This document shows positions 1 through 6,058 of a DNA stretch of 64,000 nt, piece after piece. The position numbers and the translations under genes were made by a program. A model generated the notes under the pieces. That model saw only the letters and a program-made list of their open reading frames with translations. It did no database searches and was not told the DNA's origin. Source of the DNA: an uncultured Acidobacteriota bacterium. Its GTDB lineage: Bacteria > Acidobacteriota > Vicinamibacteria > Vicinamibacterales > UBA2999. Positions within the stretch are counted from its first letter, which is position 1, and each line of letters begins with the position of its first letter. The DNA is taken from the NCBI GenBank assembly GCA_902826515.1, contig CADEFD010000007.1, positions 3,373 to 67,372 on the forward strand. The letters are read 5' to 3'.

Positions 1-1
1 C

Positions 2-349
2 ACGTATCAGGCGGTCTACAACGCCACCAAGGCGTTTGTCGATTCGTTTTCGTTCGCGCTCCGGGCCGAACTGAAGGACTCGGGTGTCACCGTGACGTGC
101 CTGATGCCCGGCGCGACCGACACCGACTTCTTCGAACGCGCCGGCATGGAACAGACGCGCGTCGGCCAGTCATCCAAGGACGACCCCGCCGATGTCGCGC
201 TGGTGGGATTCGAGGCGATGAAACGTGGCGATGGCGACGTCGTGAGCGGCTGGAAGAACAAGATTCAGTCGACGCTCGCCAGCATCACGCCGGCCGGGGT
301 GCTGGCCGAACAGCACCGCCGCATGGCCGAACCGCCGTCGACCGATTGA
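2..349 (+). CDS. Short-chain dehydrogenase/reductase (SDR), 3' part; 5' end lies outside the window
   Basis: Extending track ORF 92..349 in frame to the window edge reads TYQAVYNATKAFVDSFSFALRAELKDSGVTVTCLMPGATDTDF. This contains the SDR catalytic YxxxK (YNATK) followed by the conserved PG..T.. segment. Third codon positions are GC-rich. Confidence 0.8.
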   Translation, partial: TYQAVYNATKAFVDSFSFALRAELKDSGVTVTCLMPGATDTDFFERAGMEQTRVGQSSKDDPADVALVGFEAMKRGDGDVVSGWKNKIQSTLASITPAGVLAEQHRRMAEPPSTD

Positions 350-377
350 ACGTGGCGTGTCAGCGCCCGCCTGGCGG

Positions 378-728
378 TCACGCCAGGCGGGTGAGCACGA
401 CGAACGCCAGCAGCGTCAGCACGGCCGCACTGACCGACCACCACGCCGAGAGCGCCGCCCGTTCGGCCGAAATCGACGCCAGCTTCGCGGCATACGACGC
501 GTCCTGCACGGCCGCGACCAGCTTCTCGCCTTCGGTCATCAGGTTGTGCACGCCGGCCGCCCGCAGGTGGAACACCGCGCCGCGTTCGTAGCGTTCCCGA
601 TCGGGCGCCGTGGCGAGTGCGGCGAGGTTGCCCTCGACCGACTCGACGGCCTCCTCCCATTCGGCGAACGTCGCCCGCTGGGCCGGTGTCAGCGTGGTGA
701 GAACCAGCCGGTACTCACTGAGCGTCAT
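378..728 (-). CDS. Hypothetical tail-anchored membrane protein, last gene of the small-membrane-protein operon
   Basis: 116-aa ORF with ATG at 728, only 6 nt after the stop of the upstream small ORF, and an AAGGG Shine-Dalgarno (SD) sequence within that junction. It has a single C-terminal hydrophobic helix (WWSVSAAVLTLLAFVVLTRLA). I recognise no family. Confidence 0.55.
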   Translation of the reverse strand: MTLSEYRLVLTTLTPAQRATFAEWEEAVESVEGNLAALATAPDRERYERGAVFHLRAAGVHNLMTEGEKLVAAVQDASYAAKLASISAERAALSAWWSVSAAVLTLLAFVVLTRLA

Positions 729-734
729 GGACCC

Positions 735-881
735 TTACAGGCGGCCGCCGCCTCCGGTGAGCAGGTAGATGACGAGGATGATGAGCACGAGTCCGCCGAG
801 CCCGCCCCCGTATCGCGGACCGCCGAAGTAGAACCCGCCGCCGCCGAAGAGGAGCAGAAGAATCAGGAGCAGCACCAGCAT
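735..881 (-). CDS. 48-aa Gly-rich two-helix membrane peptide (DUF3309-like); not in the ORF track
   Basis: Manual translation of the minus strand gives MLVLLLILLLLFGGGGFYFGGPRYGGGLGGLVLIILVIYLLTGGGGRL*. This is two hydrophobic helices separated by a Gly-rich loop, resembling DUF3309 peptides from memory. It is sandwiched between co-oriented genes at 40 nt and 6 nt. Confidence 0.5.
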   Translation of the reverse strand: MLVLLLILLLLFGGGGFYFGGPRYGGGLGGLVLIILVIYLLTGGGGRL

Positions 882-921
882 CACAACCTCCCGTTGATGA
901 ACGTGGAATCGGCCGTCACCG

Positions 922-1278
922 TCAGTGCCGGCCGGCGTGGTCGAAGGCGCGGCTGAAGCCCGGCAGCCGCGCTTCCATGTAGTCCTTGCCGCGGTTCACC
1001 GCGAGCGCGCTGAGCGCTCCGACGAACCGGTCGAACGTCTCGGTACCGGTCTGCGCTTTCAGGGCCCTGGCGACGCGCCCGCGTCCCTGACCCGTGCCTC
1101 CCGACAGGACGAAGCCGGTCACGAACGCCGCTCCCAGCCAGAGATGCGGCGAGCGCGCCATGTGCCGCCGCCAGTTGGTGGCGGCGTTGACCTGCTCCTG
1201 CAGCTCCTGCAGGTGGTCCCCGAGACGACGGCGCGCCCGCCTGATGCGGGCCTCTACTTCGACGACTGACTCAGCCAT
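922..1278 (-). CDS. YqjK-like / coiled-coil membrane protein (hypothetical)
   Basis: Internal ATG of track ORF 922..1452 gives MAESVVEVEARIRRARRRLGDHLQELQEQV...PHLWLGAAFVTGFVLSG. The upstream 58 codons are Arg/Ala junk that overlaps the preceding gene. Its position after YqjD- and YqjE-like genes mirrors E. coli yqjDEK. Confidence 0.6.
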   Translation of the reverse strand: MAESVVEVEARIRRARRRLGDHLQELQEQVNAATNWRRHMARSPHLWLGAAFVTGFVLSGGTGQGRGRVARALKAQTGTETFDRFVGALSALAVNRGKDYMEARLPGFSRAFDHAGRH

Positions 1279-1640
1279 GCGACGTTCTCCTTGATGGTGG
1301 CCACGGTGCGCTCGGGTCCGAAGGAGACGCGGCGCCACCGACCCAGCCCGCGCGACACCAGCACTGCGCCGGCAACGACGAGCACGCCGCCCACGGTGCC
1401 CGCGGCCCCCCACAGCGGCAGCCGCAGCGACAGCGCGTACACGACCGCCCACAGCAGGAACACGCCGCCGATGAGACCGGCCAACGCGCCGGCGATGAGC
1501 GCCGCCACGGCTGTACGGGCACGTCCGAGGTCTTCGGTGACCTCCTGCCGGGCGAGCGCGATCTCCGCGCGCAGCAGGTCCTGCAGGGCGTCGAGGATCT
1601 CCCGAAGGATGCGGGCGATGGAACGTTCGGGCGCGCTCAT
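1254..1640 (-). CDS. Phage-holin-family / YqjE-like (DUF1469) membrane protein
   Basis: The 128-aa product has an N-terminal amphipathic segment (ILREILDALQDLLRAEIALARQE) followed by two TM helices (AALIAGALAGLIGGVFLLWAVVYAL; LWGAAGTVGGVLVVAGAVLV), typical of the DUF1469 family. ATG lies 4 nt after the upstream stop. Confidence 0.75.
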   Translation of the reverse strand: MSAPERSIARILREILDALQDLLRAEIALARQEVTEDLGRARTAVAALIAGALAGLIGGVFLLWAVVYALSLRLPLWGAAGTVGGVLVVAGAVLVSRGLGRWRRVSFGPERTVATIKENVAWLSQSSK

Positions 1641-1644
1641 TGGC

Positions 1645-1932
1645 TCAGCGGCTCAGCGTGCGGCCGACCATGAAGCCGAGCACGCCGGCCACGACGAGCG
1701 CCGGACCGGGATGGCGTTTGACCATCGACTCGACGTCGGCCACCATGCTCTCCATCTCGGTCTCGCGCAGATAATCGGCCGCCTGCTTGACCGTGTCGGT
1801 GGCGGCGGTGCGCGCCTCGCCGAAGGTATTGGCCGCACTCGCCGCCGCGTCGCCGAGGCGATCGCCCAGCGTCTCTCCGCTCATGTCGCCGTCGCCGGTC
1901 GTCGTGTTGCTCGCCTGATCTGGATAGGTCAT
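1645..1932 (-). CDS. DUF883 (YqjD/ElaB/YgaM-like) membrane-anchored stress protein
   Basis: Internal ATG at 1932 is preceded by GGAGGG at about 8 nt. The 95-aa product ends ...MVKRHPGPALVVAGVLGFMVGRTLSR, the characteristic DUF883 C-terminal anchor. Confidence 0.75.
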   Translation of the reverse strand: MTYPDQASNTTTGDGDMSGETLGDRLGDAAASAANTFGEARTAATDTVKQAADYLRETEMESMVADVESMVKRHPGPALVVAGVLGFMVGRTLSR

Positions 1933-2123
1933 GTCTGAGACCCTCCCCGCCTCATTGGGAGCAACGTCCGTGCCGTCCGCGGAGACGCCCCGGAGTGGCG
2001 TGTGTTGTGCAAAGACACGGGTTGTCGACGGCAGCGCGTCCACGCGGTGGTCAACCGCGTGTCAGCCGCTGGCAGCGCGCTACCCAATGTGGGTGCTGCG
2101 ATTCCCCTCGACAGCCACGACGC

Positions 2124-2834
2124 GTGACTTCCCCCGGCGCCCTGCCCGAACGACGCGACGTCGAGCCGATCCGGCTCGTGATTGCCGACCCTCACGCGAT
2201 CGTGCGCGACGGCTTGTGCGCGCTCTTCGCGCATGCACCGGGCATCGAGGTCGTGGCCGAGGCGGCCGACGCCGAGTCGCTCGTGGCCCGTATGCCGGGC
2301 CTTGACGCCCGTATCGTCGTGCTCGACCTCGCGCTACCCGGCGGCGGCGGAATGTCGCTCATCCCACGCATCCGCGCCGCCGCTAGGGACGCGGCCGTGA
2401 TCGTGCTCAGCCGTCTGAATGATCCCCGCCTGGTGGGCGACGCGCTGGCCGCGGGGGGCGCCGCCTACGTGCTCATGCAGAGCGGCTTCGGGACCCTGGA
2501 GCAGGCGGTTCACGCGATCGCTCGCGGCGAACACTTTCTCGACCCGGCGCTCGACGGCGTCTGCGACTCCGACCCGACGCCGAGCCGACGCGAACTGGAT
2601 GTGTTGCAGCGCGCGGCACTCGGCCACAGCAACAAGGCCATTGCCGTCAGCCTCGGCATTTCCCCCCGCACGGTGGAGGCGCACAAGACCCACGCCATGC
2701 GCAAGCTGGGCCTGCACGGCCGGGACGAACTGATGCGTTACGCCGCGACGCGGCAGTGGCTCGGTGACCATGCGAGCCTGTGGCCGGCAGAGGCGCGGGC
2801 GGCGTCGGTCAACGCGCGCGGGTCGCGTGCGTGA
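2124..2834 (+). CDS. NarL/LuxR-family response regulator (no adjacent kinase)
   Basis: Receiver domain (IRLVIADPHAIVRDGL...IVVLDLALPGGGG) plus a LuxR-type helix-turn-helix (LSRRELDVLQRAALGHSNKAIAVSLGISPRTVEAHKTHAMRKLG). The start is uncertain. GTG at 2124 is the nearest in-frame start upstream of the receiver, and the track ORF begins at 1995. Confidence 0.8.
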   Translation: MTSPGALPERRDVEPIRLVIADPHAIVRDGLCALFAHAPGIEVVAEAADAESLVARMPGLDARIVVLDLALPGGGGMSLIPRIRAAARDAAVIVLSRLNDPRLVGDALAAGGAAYVLMQSGFGTLEQAVHAIARGEHFLDPALDGVCDSDPTPSRRELDVLQRAALGHSNKAIAVSLGISPRTVEAHKTHAMRKLGLHGRDELMRYAATRQWLGDHASLWPAEARAASVNARGSRA

Positions 2835-4068
2835 AGTCCGTGGCGGCGTCCTGGTCAGACGTCGGCGCTTCGGCTGTCGGTCCCGTGCCGGCAGCGGGCG
2901 CCGGGGCCTGGAGCGTCTGCCGCACGAGTTCCGCCGTGCGTGCCCAGGTGCGATCCCACGACATGCCGCGGAGCATCACATCGGCCCGTACCCGGCGGGG
3001 CTCCGGCGGTTCGGTGAGCGCCCGGTCGCAGTGGCGGGCAAACGCGTCGACGTCGGCGGCGATGCGCACCAGGTCGCGCTCGCCGTATATGCGGATCACG
3101 TCACGAATGGGCGTCGACACCACGGGCTTGCCCGCGGCCAGATATTCGGGCGTTTTTGCGGGACTGATGTAGCGGGTCGCCTCGTTGACCGCGAAGGGCA
3201 GGAGCGCCACATCCCAGCCGGCGATGTAGGCCGGCAGGTCCTCATAGGCCTTCGGGCCGAGGTAGTGGATGTTCGGTGCGGTCGGCAGCTCGCCCGGGTC
3301 AATCTTGACGACCGGCCCGATGAGCACCCAGTGGTAGTCGGGACGGACGCGCGCCAGGCCCGCGAGCAGCGCGACATCGAGTCGTTGGTCGAGCACGCCG
3401 AAATAGCCGAGGCGCGGCGACGGGATGTGCCGCTGGTCGTCGGGGTCGTCGTGCAGATGGCGCGCCGCCGCGAAGTGACGGGTATCGACGCTGCTCGGCA
3501 CGGCGTGGATGTTCTCGTGCAGGTAGCACTTGGCCTCGTAGAGCGAATGGCCGCCGGTGAACACCACGTCTGCCACCGCCATCAGCTGCGCCTCGAGGCG
3601 TGGCAGGCCCGGGTCCGCGCCCTTGAACGCCGCCAGTTCGTCCATGCAGTCGTAGACCACGCCAACCGGTACGAGGTGCGCGGTGAAGGGCAGGGCCGCG
3701 GGCGTGTAGTACCACGCGATGAAACGGGTCAGCCGTTCGCGCCGGATGAGCGCATCGACCAGGTCGCGCAGTGTCTGTGTGACGGCGGCGCCGGACACCG
3801 ACAGCGGGAGTTGCGGCACGGCAACCGTGACGCCGCCGTGTGCTGACAGCCCCCACGACGGCGCCGTGGCCTCCGTCCGCACCGGCTCCTCGATGAAGAA
3901 GACGCGCTGGCTGATGGCGTAGCGGCTCATGAGGTGCTGCGGGCGCTGGTAGACGAACGACCAGCGGCGGTGCGAGAAGCAGAGGATGTCGGCCCCGAGG
4001 GGGAGTGTGTCAACCGGGTGCTGCATGCGCGTGACAGGTGCAACAGGCATGCCGCGAGAGTGCGACAT
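2809..4068 (-). CDS. Glycosyltransferase, GT1/GT4-like
   Basis: 419-aa ORF with the N-terminal motif ILCFSHRRWSFVYQRPQHLMSRYA, typical of a GT-B glycosyltransferase subfamily. The C-terminal half has ...GYFGVLDQRLD...IGPVVKIDP...YLGPKAYEDLPAYIAGWDVALLPF.....ISPAKTPEYLAAGKPVVST. The start could be 4068, 4050 or 4026. Confidence 0.75.
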   Translation of the reverse strand: MSHSRGMPVAPVTRMQHPVDTLPLGADILCFSHRRWSFVYQRPQHLMSRYAISQRVFFIEEPVRTEATAPSWGLSAHGGVTVAVPQLPLSVSGAAVTQTLRDLVDALIRRERLTRFIAWYYTPAALPFTAHLVPVGVVYDCMDELAAFKGADPGLPRLEAQLMAVADVVFTGGHSLYEAKCYLHENIHAVPSSVDTRHFAAARHLHDDPDDQRHIPSPRLGYFGVLDQRLDVALLAGLARVRPDYHWVLIGPVVKIDPGELPTAPNIHYLGPKAYEDLPAYIAGWDVALLPFAVNEATRYISPAKTPEYLAAGKPVVSTPIRDVIRIYGERDLVRIAADVDAFARHCDRALTEPPEPRRVRADVMLRGMSWDRTWARTAELVRQTLQAPAPAAGTGPTAEAPTSDQDAATDFTHATRAR

Positions 4069-4117
4069 GCACCGCCGCTCGTCCGGAGTGCCGGTCCCCG
4101 GACGAGCAGCGGCCGGA

Positions 4118-4690
4118 CTACTTCGTAGCGCTGCAGGTCGCGTTGACCATCGTCACCGACGTGGCCGTGAGTGTCGTGAGCGGACCGGACGCGCCCGCGC
4201 CCATCCGCCCCTCCGACGATTCGCCGCCCTGGCCCGTCGTGGCGCGATCCCCGGCCATCGACGACTGATCCAGCGTGCCGGTCACGCGCACCGTGTGATG
4301 CACGTGCCCGGCGAGATTCACGCCTGAACCTGCGGCCAGCACGTAGCGGCGGGCGCCCGTCTGTGCCGACATGCTCGGCGTGCTGGTGGACGGCGTCGAC
4401 GGCGTGCCTGTCGATGACCCGCTGTTCTGCACGTCGGTGAGGACATACCGCGTGCCGGCGGCGGCGCTGCCGGCAGCGCCAGTGGACGGCGCGGTGGCGG
4501 AACCTTCGCGCGGCAGCGTGCCCATGGACTGATCCCACGGCTTGAGGCACCCGGTCACGGTGATGGGGCTCTGCGCGGATCGCGGCTGCTGATCCGGCTT
4601 CGTGGTCGGTGTCGGCGTCTGTGCATACGCGCTGATGGCGGTTGCGGCCACCGCGGCGCTGAGCATGGCGGAGAGTGAATGCGTCGTCAC
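4118..4690 (-). CDS. Exported Cys-bracketed Pro/Thr/Ser-rich protein, family copy A (hypothetical)
   Basis: GTG at 4690 lies 5 nt after AGGAGGA. Signal peptide VTTHSLSAMLSAAVAATAISAYAQ. The gene shares conserved blocks with the genes at 46412..46951 and 50594..51202 (see findings). Confidence 0.7.
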   Translation of the reverse strand: MTTHSLSAMLSAAVAATAISAYAQTPTPTTKPDQQPRSAQSPITVTGCLKPWDQSMGTLPREGSATAPSTGAAGSAAAGTRYVLTDVQNSGSSTGTPSTPSTSTPSMSAQTGARRYVLAAGSGVNLAGHVHHTVRVTGTLDQSSMAGDRATTGQGGESSEGRMGAGASGPLTTLTATSVTMVNATCSATK

Positions 4691-5019
4691 GACTGTCCTC
4701 CTGAATTCGCATCGCCCTGCGCGATGCATCCACTGGACGACGTGCAGGAAGCACGCCACACACGTTCACGCCGCGATCCTCACGACAGGACAAGCGTGAT
4801 GCGGGAGATCCCTGATGTACGAAGGTCGCGAAGCTGTGTAGCGTGCATCCACAACTGGGCAGCGCCGCGCGTGACGCCGTGCCGCCACGCGCGCCATCGC
4901 TGAGCGCCCGCCGTCGTTGCGTGCGTCGCTCGCATCGATCGGCGTGGCAGCGCACTTGCACTGGCCATGGCTGTACCCGCGCAGCGATGGACTCAGCCAG
5001 GCGCGTGATGGAGGCAGTG

Positions 5020-5970
5020 ATGGCAGATCAGTTTCGACAGGGACAGCAGGACGCGATGCGGCAGGGAAATCGCGACAGGCCGCAGGGCTACGGACAGGAT
5101 GGACGCCCCGGGCAGGGCGCGCGCGGACAGCAGTCGCAGGACCCCTCGTATCAGGGCGATCGCGGCTGGCGGGATTCGGAACGCGACGGCGGGTGGTCGC
5201 AGAGCGCCGGCGGCGGCGAGAACGGCGATCAGCCATGGAGCGACGGGCAGACGTCCGGTGGGTATGACGATGCGCCGTGGGCCGGCCGTAACCCCGGTGG
5301 CTTCCCCGGCGGCTTCCCCGGCGGCCGTCAGGAGAACGGCGGGCGGCAGTGGGGCAGGCCCCGCCAGCTCGGCGGCGGCTATCAGGACGACCTCGAGAGC
5401 TACCGCGGCGGTCAGGGCTTCGGCTCATCGTTCGGCAGCGGATATGGCAGCGATTCCGGCAGCTCCGGCGGCCAGCGCGGCGCCGGCAGCTGGCCGCAGG
5501 GCCGCTCTGGCCCGTCATGGTCGTCGTCCGGCGGCGGCATGGGCTCGCAGACGGGCTCGCAGTCGCAGGAGAGTTACGCCGGCCGCGGCCCCAAGGGCTA
5601 CAAGCGCTCGGACGAGCGGGTGCGCGAAGACGCGTCCGATCGTCTCGAACAGGACCACCAGGTCGACGCCACCGAGATCTCGATCGAGGTCAGCAGCGGC
5701 GAACTCACGCTTTCGGGCACGGTGACGAGCCGTGAACAGAAGCGCGCTGCCGAGGAATGTGTCGAGAGCGTGCCGGGCGTGAAGGACGTCATCAACAACC
5801 TGCGCGTCAGCCGCGAGTCGTCGATGTCGGCGGGCCAGTCGGGCGGCAGCTCGACCCAGAGCGGCCGCAGCGGCCAGCAGGGCAAGGACGCCGACTCGTC
5901 GTCGGGCAGCGGCAAGGACAGCAACCGTTCGAAGGGCACGACGTCGGGCGCATCCGGCGGCGCCTCGTAG
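5020..5970 (+). CDS. BON-domain protein with a long Gly/Ser/Gln-rich disordered N-terminal region
   Basis: ATG at 5020 lies 5 nt after GGAGG. The C-terminal part (DERVREDASDRLEQDHQVDATEISIEVSSGELTLSGTVTSREQKRAAEECVESVPGVKDVINNLRV) is a canonical BON (OsmY-type) domain. Confidence 0.8.
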   Translation: MADQFRQGQQDAMRQGNRDRPQGYGQDGRPGQGARGQQSQDPSYQGDRGWRDSERDGGWSQSAGGGENGDQPWSDGQTSGGYDDAPWAGRNPGGFPGGFPGGRQENGGRQWGRPRQLGGGYQDDLESYRGGQGFGSSFGSGYGSDSGSSGGQRGAGSWPQGRSGPSWSSSGGGMGSQTGSQSQESYAGRGPKGYKRSDERVREDASDRLEQDHQVDATEISIEVSSGELTLSGTVTSREQKRAAEECVESVPGVKDVINNLRVSRESSMSAGQSGGSSTQSGRSGQQGKDADSSSGSGKDSNRSKGTTSGASGGAS

Positions 5971-6058
5971 GCTCACATGGCCATGGCCTGGCTCGTCCGC
6001 GGAGGCGGATGGGCCGGGCCTCGTGACGAATCTATTGGTCCGACTACCGGGCGTCATC

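Noticed and set aside
2809-2834. 26-nt overlap of the convergent 3' ends of the response regulator and the glycosyltransferase as a regulatory antisense arrangement
   Set aside because: The regulator's last roughly 30 codons extend beyond the LuxR HTH and may simply be a fortuitously open tail. Nothing else supports a functional overlap.
5100-5560. Gly/Ser-rich region of the BON gene as a tandem DNA repeat or contingency locus
   Set aside because: The repetition is at the amino-acid composition level only. I could not find exact nucleotide repeat units longer than the short GGCTTCCCCGGC duplication.
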